A DNA stretch of 64,000 nucleotides from an uncultured Planctomycetota bacterium (GTDB lineage Bacteria > Planctomycetota > PLA2 > JAEUHO01), in NCBI GenBank assembly GCA_963752285.1, contig CAVVXN010000004.1, positions 128,001 to 192,000 on the forward strand, read 5' to 3'. This document shows positions 37,101 through 46,784 of the stretch, piece after piece. The translations under genes and the position numbers were made by a program. The notes beneath the pieces were generated by a model that saw nothing but the letters and a program-made list of their open reading frames with translations, made no database searches and had not been told where the DNA came from. The first letter of the stretch is position 1. Each line of letters begins with the position of its first letter.

Positions 37101-39675
37101 GCTCCGGATCCTGTTCCTGATCGCCGCGGCCTCGGCCGTCGTGATCTGGCTCCGCCTGCTGGAGCTCCAGGTCGTCGAGCGCTCGACGTGGGTGGCCGAG
37201 GCCCAGGCCAAGCGGCTCTGGATCCGCGACCTGAGCCCGCCCCGCGGCCGGATCCTCGACGCCGGCGGCCAGGTCGTGGCCCACGACGTGCCCGTGCCCG
37301 AGCTCGCCGTCGTCGGGTCGGAGTGGCGCCGGCGCGCGCGGGTCCGGTGCGAGGCGTGCGGGTCGATCTACTACTACGACCCCTCGAGCGCCCGGGCGGA
37401 GCGTCGCACCCGGCCTCGGCACTGCACCTGCGGCGCGCCGCCGGGCGCCCTGGTGCCCCTGCCGCCGGCCGACCTCTCGCCGCTCGAGACGGCGCTGGGG
37501 TTCCCGCCAGGGCGCCTCGCGGAGCTCGCCCAGAGCCGGGTGGCCGAGGTGGACCGGCTCACGCGCGACTACCGCCGGGCGCTCGTGGCCGGCGGCGAGT
37601 ACGAGTTCCTGATCGACGACGCCGTGGACCAGCGGCGCGACGACCTCCTGCAGCGGCCCGTGGTGATCGTGTCCAAGGTGACCGACGAGGTCGTGCGGCT
37701 CCTGGAGCTCGACGACGTGGGGCGCTACCGGGGCTTCGAGATCCGGTACGCGGAGCATCGCACGTACGCGCCGGACGGCCCCCCGGGCCAGATGCTCGGC
37801 TACGTCAGCGTGGTCGAGGGCGAGGAGGAGCTCGAGGCGCTTCGTGCCCGCTACGGCGACGACGTGAACCTCGACACGCGCCGCGGGCGCTGGGGCCTCG
37901 AGCGCGCCTCGGACGACGCGCTCCTCGGCAAGCACGGCGCGGAGCGCCTCGCCCGGGACGAGGCCGGCGCCTTCACGGTGGTCGTCGGCGGGTCGCCGCC
38001 CGCCGCCGGGAAGACGCTCCGGCTCGCGATGACGTCGGAGGCCTGCCGCCAGGCCGAGGAGGCGATGCGGGCCGAGGCCGATCGCGAGGGCTACGCGCCG
38101 CACGCGAGTCCCTCGGGCGGCTTCGTCGCGATCGACGTGGCAACGGGGCGCGTCCTCGCGTGGGCGGAGATCCCCCGACTGGTCGTCGGCGACGACCTGG
38201 CGCGCCTCTTCGATCCGGCCGACACGACCGCGACCTACGACCCGTCGATCGGCCAGTGGGTGCCCGCCGAGGGCCATGCCCCCCCCGAGGGAGAGAGCCG
38301 CGAGGCCTGGGCGCTCCGCCTGTCGAAGCCCGCGCCGATCTACCTCTCGCGCGTCTCCCAGATCGCCGTGGAGCCCGGCAGCACGATGAAGGTGCTCGTG
38401 GGGCTCGGGATGCTCGAGGGGCTCCACGCGATGCCGGCCGGGACGCTCCTCCCGCTCGACACCATGTACCCCTCGGGGTTTCCCTGCACGCAGTTCGCCT
38501 TCCAGCCGCACTGCCACATCCACGGCCCCGTGGACTTCGCGGAGGCGATCCAGGTCTCCTGCAACCGCTACTTCGCCCTCTCGCTCCGGCAGTACCCGGC
38601 GTGGTGGAACGTGTACCGTCACTCCGTTCCCGCCCTCCTCGCCCGGCTCGGGCTCGGACGTCCGAGCGGCGTGGACGTGTACGGCGAGCGGACGGGGACG
38701 TTCCTACGGGACTGGATCGACTTCGACCCGCGGGTCCCGGTACGCGAGGCCGTGGCCGCCCTCGAGGCGACCGGTCTCCACGTGGCGCGCGTGGAGGACC
38801 CCACGCTCCCCTCCAAGGTCGCCGGTCGATCGCCCGCCCGGCTGAAGCAGGCGCTCGTCGAGGCGACGCGCGAGATCGCAGCGGCCTCCGGCTCCGAGGA
38901 CGCCCTCCTCCGCGTGGGGGCGACGCCCGCCGAGGGACGCTACCTCGACCTCCACGTCGTGCTCGCGTTCCGCCGGCACCCCGAGGGACCCGTCCCCGCC
39001 CCGGACGTCGCGGTCGCGGTGAGGCCCGTCCTCCGACGCGTGTTCGGGCCGCTCGGCGGTGTGGCCGAGCCGGTCGAGGCGCCCCGGGACGCCGTCGCGT
39101 TCGGCATCCGGCTCCGTTACCACGAGCCGATCGGTCGGGAGGCCGGCGACGGTTTGGTGATCCTCCCGGACGACGGCCGGAACGTGGCGATCGGCCAGGG
39201 CCCGGTCGCCGTGACGCCCCTCCAGATGGTCCGCGCCGTGGCTGCGCTCGCGAACGGCGGACGACTCGTGACGCCGCACGTGGTCGGCTGGGTGGACGAC
39301 GTCCCGGTGCGGACGCCGAGCGAGGACCTCCACCTCGACCCGGCGGACGTCGCGCGCATCCGGGAGGGCATGCGGCGCGTGATCGAGGAGCCGGGCGGCA
39401 CCGCGTACTCCGCTGGTTTCGGGAGCGTGCCCGCCACGGTGTACGGCAAGACCGGGACCGCGCAACCCGGCACGTGGTGGATCGCCGGCGAGGCGCCGCC
39501 GCAGGGGCCCTGGCACCACTGGTTCGTCGGGTTCGCGACGAAGCCCGGTCGGCCGACGATCGCCTTCGCGTGCGTGCTCCACGCGCGAACGGAGGGCGCA
39601 GCCGGCAGCACGGCCGCGAAATCGTGCGCGAGATTCCTCACCTGGTGGTTCACCGAAGGCCCGGGCGCGGGATAG
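37084..39675 (+). CDS. mrdA: Class B penicillin-binding protein (PBP2-like) with insertions
   Basis: TM, RGRILD, STMK (SxxK), SCN (SxN), KTGT, IGQG; lies between mreD and rodA. Confidence 0.88.
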   Translation: MAFQRRLRILFLIAAASAVVIWLRLLELQVVERSTWVAEAQAKRLWIRDLSPPRGRILDAGGQVVAHDVPVPELAVVGSEWRRRARVRCEACGSIYYYDPSSARAERRTRPRHCTCGAPPGALVPLPPADLSPLETALGFPPGRLAELAQSRVAEVDRLTRDYRRALVAGGEYEFLIDDAVDQRRDDLLQRPVVIVSKVTDEVVRLLELDDVGRYRGFEIRYAEHRTYAPDGPPGQMLGYVSVVEGEEELEALRARYGDDVNLDTRRGRWGLERASDDALLGKHGAERLARDEAGAFTVVVGGSPPAAGKTLRLAMTSEACRQAEEAMRAEADREGYAPHASPSGGFVAIDVATGRVLAWAEIPRLVVGDDLARLFDPADTTATYDPSIGQWVPAEGHAPPEGESREAWALRLSKPAPIYLSRVSQIAVEPGSTMKVLVGLGMLEGLHAMPAGTLLPLDTMYPSGFPCTQFAFQPHCHIHGPVDFAEAIQVSCNRYFALSLRQYPAWWNVYRHSVPALLARLGLGRPSGVDVYGERTGTFLRDWIDFDPRVPVREAVAALEATGLHVARVEDPTLPSKVAGRSPARLKQALVEATREIAAASGSEDALLRVGATPAEGRYLDLHVVLAFRRHPEGPVPAPDVAVAVRPVLRRVFGPLGGVAEPVEAPRDAVAFGIRLRYHEPIGREAGDGLVILPDDGRNVAIGQGPVAVTPLQMVRAVAALANGGRLVTPHVVGWVDDVPVRTPSEDLHLDPADVARIREGMRRVIEEPGGTAYSAGFGSVPATVYGKTGTAQPGTWWIAGEAPPQGPWHHWFVGFATKPGRPTIAFACVLHARTEGAAGSTAAKSCARFLTWWFTEGPGAG

Positions 39676-39683
39676 GAGGGCCG

Positions 39684-40823
39684 GTGCGCGATCTCACGCT
39701 CGGCGATCGGGTCAAGCGTGCGAACTGGGGTCTGTTGGGCCTCGGCGTCGCACTCTCGGTCGCGGGCGTCGTGCTCGTCGGGGTGGCGTCGCGGGACTCG
39801 TCGGCCGACTACGCGCACGATCAGATCCGCTGGACCGTCATCGGCGTGGCGGCCTGCCTGCTCGTGCTGGCCGTTCCGTACGAGCGGATCGTCCGCTGGC
39901 GGTACGTCGCGTACGGCGGCGGCATCCTGCTCCTCCTCGCCGTCCTCGTGGCGGGCGCGGGCGGTGGCGGCACGGACGTGCGGCGCTGGATCCGGCTCGG
40001 TTCGTTCAAGGTCCAGCCGAGCGAGTTCATGAAGGTGGTGATGGTCCTGACGCTCGCCGGGTACATCCGCTACGAGCGCTCGTACCGTCGCTTCAAGGGC
40101 CTCGCACTGCCGTTCGGGCTGACGCTCCTCCCCGTGTTCCTCATCATGAAGCAGCCGGATCTCGGGACGGCGCTGCTCCTGATCCCCATCCTCTTCGTCT
40201 TGCTCTACGTCGCGGGGGCGAAGCCGCGCCACCTCGGCGTCGTGGCCCTCGGCGGCGCGCTGGCGGGCACCGTCCTCTACCTGGTCCCCGGGCTGCTGAA
40301 CGAGTACCAGAAGGACCGCGTCCGCGCGTACGCGTACCAGGACAGCGGAAACGCCGCGCTCCTCCGCGACAAGGGCCACCAGCTCTGGAACGCCAAGATC
40401 GTCGCGGGCAGCGCGTCGTTCTTCGGCGACGGGACCGGCGAGGAGGCTTCCGAAGACGTCCGGTTCCTCTCGCAGCGGCACACCGACTTCATCTTCCCGG
40501 TCCTCGTGGCGTCGTTCGGCACGTTCGGGGCGACGATCTTCCTCGGCCTGTACCTGCTCTTCGTGTGGGGGATCCTCCAGACCGCGCTGCGGGTCCGAGA
40601 GCCATCGGGGAGGCTGCTCGCGGTCGGCGTGGCCGCGCTCTTCGCCGGTCAGGCGCTCATCAACATGGCGATGACGCTGGGCCTCCTGCCCGTCGTCGGC
40701 ATGCCGTTGCCCTTCATCTCGAAGGGCGGCTCGAGTCTCCTCACGTCGTTCGTGGCCTTGGGCCTCGTCCTGAACGTGGGCGCGGATCACCCCGTCGAGT
40801 TCGGCCGCGGCGACTTCGACTGA
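39684..40823 (+). CDS. rodA: SEDS peptidoglycan glycosyltransferase RodA
   Basis: RRWIRLG, QPSEFMK, QPDLGTA, HTDFIF, LPFISKGGSS. Confidence 0.92.
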   Translation: MRDLTLGDRVKRANWGLLGLGVALSVAGVVLVGVASRDSSADYAHDQIRWTVIGVAACLLVLAVPYERIVRWRYVAYGGGILLLLAVLVAGAGGGGTDVRRWIRLGSFKVQPSEFMKVVMVLTLAGYIRYERSYRRFKGLALPFGLTLLPVFLIMKQPDLGTALLLIPILFVLLYVAGAKPRHLGVVALGGALAGTVLYLVPGLLNEYQKDRVRAYAYQDSGNAALLRDKGHQLWNAKIVAGSASFFGDGTGEEASEDVRFLSQRHTDFIFPVLVASFGTFGATIFLGLYLLFVWGILQTALRVREPSGRLLAVGVAALFAGQALINMAMTLGLLPVVGMPLPFISKGGSSLLTSFVALGLVLNVGADHPVEFGRGDFD

Positions 40824-41053
40824 TCCCGCGTCGATCGCGCAGGCGTCGCCGGCGGCCCTCCGTCCCCGCCGCGGCGACGAGACCGGCGACCGGATCGTCC
40901 GCCAAGGAGCATGGAACCAGACCGCGAAGAGCCCGCGCTCGTCGCGGAGCCGCCGCCTCGATCCCGGAGTCCGGGCGCGCACGATCCGCGTCCCAGCGGC
41001 CCGCCGGGTGACGAAGCACGAACAAAACGTGCGGGGCGGGCGCGGGCGACGCC

Positions 41054-41512
41054 TCAGGGGGGGTACGTGCGGGTGCGGATGCCGTCCGGCGCGCTCGCGG
41101 CGCGTCGTTCCCGGGTCTCCGGGCGCTTCGCGCTTCCGACGTACTCGGCCCAGGCCCGCCGAAGGGACGGCGCCAGGGCGTCGAACGCCGCCGCGAGGCC
41201 CGCGTCCTTCCCGAGCCGGGCACGGAGCTCGGCGGGGACCTCTACCGTGCGAGGTTGCGGGTCACGCTCGAGAGAGACCTCGACGCGGTCGCCCCGCCCG
41301 ACCCCGGCACGCACGAGGAGCTCTCGGACCACCGGGACCCGCAACACGCCGTTCGATCGACTCGCCGTGCCCCGGAAGGGCGTGCCGGCGAGCGTGCCTC
41401 GCACCGGGCCGTGCCCGAGCGAGGCCGCGACCGTGGCGGGCACCTCGATGAAGGTCCAAGACGTGTAGGGCGCCCTCCGCCCGCCGACCAGGACGACCTC
41501 GAAGCGTTCCAT
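41054..41512 (-). CDS. DUF1905 + YdeI/OmpD-associated (OmdA) domain protein
   Basis: WTFIEVP, VRGTLAG, VEVPAEL..AFDALAPS, AKRPETRERR. Confidence 0.85.
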   Translation of the reverse strand: MERFEVVLVGGRRAPYTSWTFIEVPATVAASLGHGPVRGTLAGTPFRGTASRSNGVLRVPVVRELLVRAGVGRGDRVEVSLERDPQPRTVEVPAELRARLGKDAGLAAAFDALAPSLRRAWAEYVGSAKRPETRERRAASAPDGIRTRTYPP

Positions 41513-41665
41513 GCGCCCGCCAGGATAGTTCGAGCGGCGCCACCCGGCGCCGGGACGCCCTCGCCCCGAACCGCAGGGCACGGGAGGACGCCGGCTCTCC
41601 CTCGGTCGCGGCTCGCCCTCGGGCCCGGCGCTATCCTCCCGCCTTCCCTCGCCGGAGACCGCCGC

Positions 41666-43054
41666 GTGAAGCCGACCACCGCGATCGCCGTGATCCTGCC
41701 GCTCGTGGTCACCGTCACGGCGTTCGTGCTCGTCAGCACGCGGGGCGCCGGCGCCGGCGCCAGCGAGAACGGGATCTGGTGGGACGAGCCGATGGCCCGC
41801 TTCGTCCGGGAGAAGGTTGCGAACGCGTACGTGGACCCGCTCGACGACGCGCGCGCGTCGGAGGCTTTCTACAAGGCGCTCGACGCGTACGTCCACGACC
41901 TCGACGAGTACTGCGACTTCATCCCGCCGGACGAGCACAAGAAGTGGCTCGAGGACACGGCGGGCGAGTACGCCGGGCTCGGCGTGAAGGTGCAGGACGT
42001 CCCGGAGGGGCTCTGGATCGTCGGCGTCCTGCCCCAGGGACCGGCCGCGAATGCGGGGATCCACCCGGGCGACACCATCGTCGCGGCCGCGGGGCACCGT
42101 CTCGCCAACCTGGACCTCGACACGATCGAGGCGACGAGGCTCCTCAAGGGCGAGGCCGGAAGCCGAGTGAACCTTGGCGTGATCTCGGGTCCCCGTCCCA
42201 AGGACGGGCCCGCGACCGGTCCCGAGCGCGAGGTCGTGGTGCAGCGCGCGGTCGTGCGTCCGCCCTCGGTGTTCACGCGACGCGTGGGGCCCGACGGTCT
42301 CTATGGCGTGGTGCGGCTCACCGAGTTCGTGGAGGCGACCGAGGAGGACTTCGACGCGGCGGTCCGCCAGCTCCTCGCGCAGGAGGTCAAGGGGCTCATC
42401 CTGGACCTTCGCGACAACGGCGGCGGCGTCCTGGCGACGGCCGTGGCGGTGGTGGACCGGTTCGTCCGGAGCGGAACCATCGTCCGGATGGAGGGCCGCG
42501 CTCCGAACGCGACCCGCGTCTACGAGGCGCGCGCGGACAACACGCTCCCCGACACGATCCCGTTGATCGTGCTCGTGAACAGCGGCAGCGCGAGCGCGAG
42601 CGAGGTGGTCGCCGGCGCGCTCCAGGACCACCGGCGCGCGCTGCTCGTCGGAGAGCGCACCTACGGCAAGTTCCTCGTCCAGCAGGTGCTCGACGTGCCC
42701 GGGCGTGACGCCGCGGTCCAGCTCACGACCTCGCGCTACTACCTTCCCTCGGGGCGCTCGTACCAGCGGCCGCGCCGCGCACCCGGAGCACGGGGCCCCG
42801 CGGCCTCGCAGCCCGGGCCGAACGGGAGCGAGACCGTCGGGGGCTGGGGGCTCCTCCCCGACGTGATCGTTCCTCTCGACAAGGCCGCACGCACGAAGCT
42901 CGCGCAGCGTTTCGCCAACGAGGAAGCCGTGCCCTGGCAGGAGGAGACGCCCTTCCCCGAGGTACCGACCACCGAGATGGACGCGCAGCTCGAGCGCGCG
43001 ATCGACCTGCTCCAGGGGGAGCTCGTCCTTCAGAAGATCCGCGCCAGCCGGTAG
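41666..43054 (+). CDS. S41 carboxyl-terminal processing protease (CtpA/Prc family)
   Basis: PDZ domain (GLGV, PA..AGI.PGD), LDLRDNGGG, SASASE, GERTYGK. Confidence 0.92.
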   Translation: MKPTTAIAVILPLVVTVTAFVLVSTRGAGAGASENGIWWDEPMARFVREKVANAYVDPLDDARASEAFYKALDAYVHDLDEYCDFIPPDEHKKWLEDTAGEYAGLGVKVQDVPEGLWIVGVLPQGPAANAGIHPGDTIVAAAGHRLANLDLDTIEATRLLKGEAGSRVNLGVISGPRPKDGPATGPEREVVVQRAVVRPPSVFTRRVGPDGLYGVVRLTEFVEATEEDFDAAVRQLLAQEVKGLILDLRDNGGGVLATAVAVVDRFVRSGTIVRMEGRAPNATRVYEARADNTLPDTIPLIVLVNSGSASASEVVAGALQDHRRALLVGERTYGKFLVQQVLDVPGRDAAVQLTTSRYYLPSGRSYQRPRRAPGARGPAASQPGPNGSETVGGWGLLPDVIVPLDKAARTKLAQRFANEEAVPWQEETPFPEVPTTEMDAQLERAIDLLQGELVLQKIRASR

Positions 43055-43075
43055 GGCGGCGGGATCGGAGCGGCC

Positions 43076-44131
43076 GTGCGGATCCTCGGCATCGACACGT
43101 CCTGCGACGACACCGCCGCCGCCGTCGTGGAGGCACCGCGCCGGGTCCTCTCGAACGTCGTCGCGAGCCAGTTCGACCTGCACGCGCCGTTCGGCGGGGT
43201 CGTGCCCGAGATCGCGAGTCGGGCCCACGCGGAGCGCGTCTCGGCGATCGTGGACCGCGCGCTCGCGAACTCGGGCTCGACGCTCGACGACCTCGACGCC
43301 GTGGCGGTCACGAACCGGCCCGGTCTCATCGGCTCGCTGATCGTGGGCGTGGCGGCGGCGAAGGCGATCGCGTGGTCGCGGGATCTTCCGCTCGTCGGGG
43401 TCGATCACATCGAGGCGCACGTCGTGTCGGCGCTCGCTGACCATCCGGACCTGGAACCCCCGTTCGTGGCCCTCGTCGCCTCCGGCGGCCACACCTCGCT
43501 GTACGCGTACCGCGACGCGACGCGACTCGAGATCCTCGGCCAGACGATCGACGACGCCGCGGGCGAGTGTTTCGACAAGGTCGCGGTGCTCCTCGGGCTG
43601 CCCCAGCCCGGCGGCCCGGCCGTGAGCCGGCTCGCCGCGACCGGCGACCCGACCGCCGTACGCTTCCCGCGCTACCGCCCACCGGACGACGCGCTCGCGT
43701 TCTCGTTCTCCGGTCTCAAGACGGCGGTGCTCTACCACCTGAAGGGCCCCGGCGGTCGCCGCACGGACCCCGACCGCGCCGACCTCGCGCAGAGCCCCGC
43801 CGACGTGGCCGCTTCGTTCGAGCGCGCCGTCGTGGACGTCCTCGTGGACCGCGCGCTCGAGGCCGCGCGGCGCGAGGGCGTCTCGGACCTCGTGGTGGGG
43901 GGCGGGGTCGCCGCGAATCGCGAGCTCCGTCGGCTCCTGGCCGAACGCGCCCCGGCGGGCCTTCGCGTGCGCTTCCCCACGCCGGCGCTCTGCGCGGACA
44001 ACGGCGCGATGGTCGCGATCCGCGGTGCCGCGCTCCTCGCGCTCGGGCAGGTGGACGACCTCGACCTCGACGTCGTCGCGACGGGCATCCTCCGGGGCGG
44101 CGTGCGGAGGGCGCCCCCCGGCGGCCGATGA
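43076..44131 (+). CDS. tsaD: tRNA N6-threonylcarbamoyltransferase TsaD
   Basis: ILGIDTSCDDT, GGVVPEIASRAH, HIEAH, SGGHT, DDAAGECFDK, CADNGAM. Confidence 0.96.
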   Translation: MRILGIDTSCDDTAAAVVEAPRRVLSNVVASQFDLHAPFGGVVPEIASRAHAERVSAIVDRALANSGSTLDDLDAVAVTNRPGLIGSLIVGVAAAKAIAWSRDLPLVGVDHIEAHVVSALADHPDLEPPFVALVASGGHTSLYAYRDATRLEILGQTIDDAAGECFDKVAVLLGLPQPGGPAVSRLAATGDPTAVRFPRYRPPDDALAFSFSGLKTAVLYHLKGPGGRRTDPDRADLAQSPADVAASFERAVVDVLVDRALEAARREGVSDLVVGGGVAANRELRRLLAERAPAGLRVRFPTPALCADNGAMVAIRGAALLALGQVDDLDLDVVATGILRGGVRRAPPGGR

Positions 44132-45150
44132 TTGCGGCGCCGCCCGCGCCGTGGTCCGATGGACCCGTGCGGCGAAGACCTCCTCTTCCCGGCCTCGCGA
44201 CAAGCGGGCTCCTCGCGGCGCTGGTCCTCGTCGGCGCGGGCGTGCGACCCGCGGGGGTCCGCGCGCAGGACGAGGGGCCGTTCGGCTGCCCGATCCGCGC
44301 GATCCTGCTGGAGGAGAACGAGATCCTCCGCCGCGTGTACGACGGCATCCGCAAGGGGCTCGAACAGGCGCAGCTCCCGCGAATCTGCCTCGAGCTCGCG
44401 TCGGGACCGCGCGAGGCGAACAAGATCTACGAGCGGCTCGCGTCCTCGCCGCCGCCGCTCCTCTTCGTGCTCGGCCGCGACGCGGAAGCGTCGCTCGGCG
44501 CCCACTTCGCCACCGTCCCCCGCGTCTACGTGGACACCGCGTGGCTGGTGAACGGCGCGCCGCTCCCCCCCGACCCGGACGTACGACCGCCCGCCGCGAT
44601 CGTCCGAGGCGAGGTGAGCGCGGCCCACGTGGCCGAGGCGCTCCGCGAGCTGGACCTCCGTTCGAGCCGTCCGGTCGCCCGCCTCTCGTGGATCGATCCC
44701 GACGACGCCCTCCAGGCCGTGGCCCGGCGGCTCGGCGATGCCGCCGGCTTCCGGCCCGCGTTCGCGCCGGCCGACGGGAACCCCCAGGTGCTCCTCGACC
44801 TCGGCGTGGGCGCCGGGGAGCACCGGCAGAAGCTCTCGCGCCTCGTCACGGCGGCCGAGAAGGAGCGGGTCCCGCTCGTATCCGACGACCGCTCGGCGTG
44901 GGGCCGCGGCGCCGCGGTCGTCGTGATGCCCGACGCGTTCCTGCTCGGTCGCGCCGCCGCCGAGGAGGGACGCCGCCTGCTCCTCGAGGACCGGACACGG
45001 GTGCTTCGACGGACGGTGGGGGCGTTCGAGGTGGGGGTGGACCTCGGCGCGGCGGCGCGCGAGGGGCTGGACGTCCCGCTCGGATTCCTCGCCCGCGCCG
45101 ACATGATCCGCCGCGGGCCCGCGCGGCCCTCGCCGGAGGGCGGGCGTTGA
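44128..45150 (+). CDS. Exported protein, ABC substrate-binding-like, upstream of a sensor kinase
   Basis: Signal peptide (VRA-Q); C-terminal GRAAA...VDLGAAAREGLDVP resembles the ABC_sub_bind ending; coupled to both neighbours. Confidence 0.6.
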   Translation: MIAAPPAPWSDGPVRRRPPLPGLATSGLLAALVLVGAGVRPAGVRAQDEGPFGCPIRAILLEENEILRRVYDGIRKGLEQAQLPRICLELASGPREANKIYERLASSPPPLLFVLGRDAEASLGAHFATVPRVYVDTAWLVNGAPLPPDPDVRPPAAIVRGEVSAAHVAEALRELDLRSSRPVARLSWIDPDDALQAVARRLGDAAGFRPAFAPADGNPQVLLDLGVGAGEHRQKLSRLVTAAEKERVPLVSDDRSAWGRGAAVVVMPDAFLLGRAAAEEGRRLLLEDRTRVLRRTVGAFEVGVDLGAAAREGLDVPLGFLARADMIRRGPARPSPEGGR

Positions 45151-46700
45151 CGCGCTCTCTCGTCGGCCTGACGCTCCTGCTCGTGGGCGGCGTCGTGCTG
45201 GCCATGGGCGCGGGGGTCGTGGTGTGGGTCACGAACGAGGACCTCGCGCAGGCCGAGCAGGACGCGCGGCTCCAGCACGAGGCCGCCGAGCGAGAGATGC
45301 GCGAGCTGGCGCGCGCGGTCGTGACCGAGGCGCAGGAAGCCGCGCACGGACTCGTGGACGGCGCGGACCGCCGACTGCGACTCTGGATCGCCGACGAGCC
45401 GCTCTCCCTCTACCGCGATCCCGTGCCGCCGCACCCGCTCGACGTCGAGGCGCTCCGGTCGGGGCTCGCCGCGGAGGTTCGCGGGCGGAGCCTGGCCGAG
45501 CAGGAGCACGTGGAGGTCGTGACGGGGATCATGTCGGAGCACGCCGAGGCTCGGATCGACCGCATGACGGCCGAGCTCCGCGCCGACGCCTCGCTCCAGG
45601 CGGAGGCCGCGGCCCGCGCGCGGCGCGACCGCCTCTCCACCCGCCTCGCGATCCTGCTCGTGGGCATGGCGTTCCTGCTCGCCGGGACGCTCTACGCGCT
45701 CGTGATCCGCCCGGTCGCGCGCCTCAGGCACGCGGTCAACCGCATCGCCGCGGGCGATCTCGATACCCCCGTCGAGGCCGCGCGGTGGCCGACGCGCGAG
45801 ATGGCCGGGCTCGCGCGCGAGGTGGACCGGATGCGCGAGCAGATCCGCGGCGCGACGAGCAACCTCGAGCGCGAGGTGGCGCGCAAGACGCAGAGCCTGG
45901 AGAAGACCCTCGCCGAGCGGACGGAGGCCTACGAGGAGCTCCGCGCGGCGCGCGACCGGCTGGTCCAGGCCGAGAAGATGGCCGGTCTCGGGACGCTCGC
46001 CGGGGGCGTCGCGCACGAGTTCAACAACCTCCTCGGCGGCATCCTCGGCTGTCTCGAGAACGCGCGCGCCGGCGTGACCGACGCGTCCGTCCTCGAGGAC
46101 CTCGACGTCGCGAGGCGCACCGCCGGCCGTGCGACGCAGATGATCCGCGCGCTCCTCGGCGTGGCACGTCCGGGCGAGCGCACGTTCAAGCCCGTGCACC
46201 TGAGACTCGTGCTCGAAGACGTGCTCGGCGCCGCGCAGGCGACGATCCGACGGCGCGAGATCCGCCTCGAGCAGAGGCTCGTCGGCGACCCGGTCGTGGA
46301 CGGCGACGAGGCGCAGCTCCACCAGGTCGCGCTGAACCTCGTTACCAACGCGCTGCAAGTCGTGGACGACGGGGAACGGATCGCGGTCGAGCTCCGGGTC
46401 GAGGGCCGTCACGCGGTGCTCGAGGTCCGCGACGAGGGCCCGGGCGTCAAGCCCGAGGAGCGGAGCCGGATCTTCGAGCCCTTCTTCACCGGTCGGAGCG
46501 AGGGAACCGGCCTCGGCCTCTTCGTCTCGTACGGCATCGTGGAACGCCACGGTGGGCGGATCGAGGTGGGGGACGCGCCCGAAGGGGGCGCACGCTTCAC
46601 GGTCCGCCTGCCCCTGGAGGACCCGACGGCCGCCGCGCGCGCCGCGGAGGGCGGGGACGCGTCCGGGCCCCCCCCGGCCGAGGCCTCCCCCTCCGTCTGA
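45147..46700 (+). CDS. HAMP-domain sensor histidine kinase
   Basis: Two TMs, HAMP, H-box AHEFNNLL, N-box NLVTNA, DEGPG, FEPFFT, GTGLGL. Confidence 0.93.
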   Translation: MTRSLVGLTLLLVGGVVLAMGAGVVVWVTNEDLAQAEQDARLQHEAAEREMRELARAVVTEAQEAAHGLVDGADRRLRLWIADEPLSLYRDPVPPHPLDVEALRSGLAAEVRGRSLAEQEHVEVVTGIMSEHAEARIDRMTAELRADASLQAEAAARARRDRLSTRLAILLVGMAFLLAGTLYALVIRPVARLRHAVNRIAAGDLDTPVEAARWPTREMAGLAREVDRMREQIRGATSNLEREVARKTQSLEKTLAERTEAYEELRAARDRLVQAEKMAGLGTLAGGVAHEFNNLLGGILGCLENARAGVTDASVLEDLDVARRTAGRATQMIRALLGVARPGERTFKPVHLRLVLEDVLGAAQATIRRREIRLEQRLVGDPVVDGDEAQLHQVALNLVTNALQVVDDGERIAVELRVEGRHAVLEVRDEGPGVKPEERSRIFEPFFTGRSEGTGLGLFVSYGIVERHGGRIEVGDAPEGGARFTVRLPLEDPTAAARAAEGGDASGPPPAEASPSV

Positions 46701-46755
46701 GCGCGCGCGACGCGCCGGGGCCGCGGATCCGCCGCCTCGGACCCGAGGACGCGGA

Positions 46756-46771
46756 GGGCCCGCGGCTTGCT
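46756..46771 (+). promoter_or_regulatory. Candidate sigma54 (-24/-12) promoter
   Basis: GGGCCCG-cggc-TTGCT versus consensus TGGCACG-N4-TTGCW; immediately followed by the palindrome TACATATGTA. Confidence 0.45.
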
Positions 46772-46784
46772 ACATATGTATCCC

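Noticed and set aside
40911..41468. ORF with AAGGAG just before its ATG
   Set aside because: The SD is only 1 nt from the ATG, the product is low-complexity, and most of it is antisense to the YdeI/OmdA gene.
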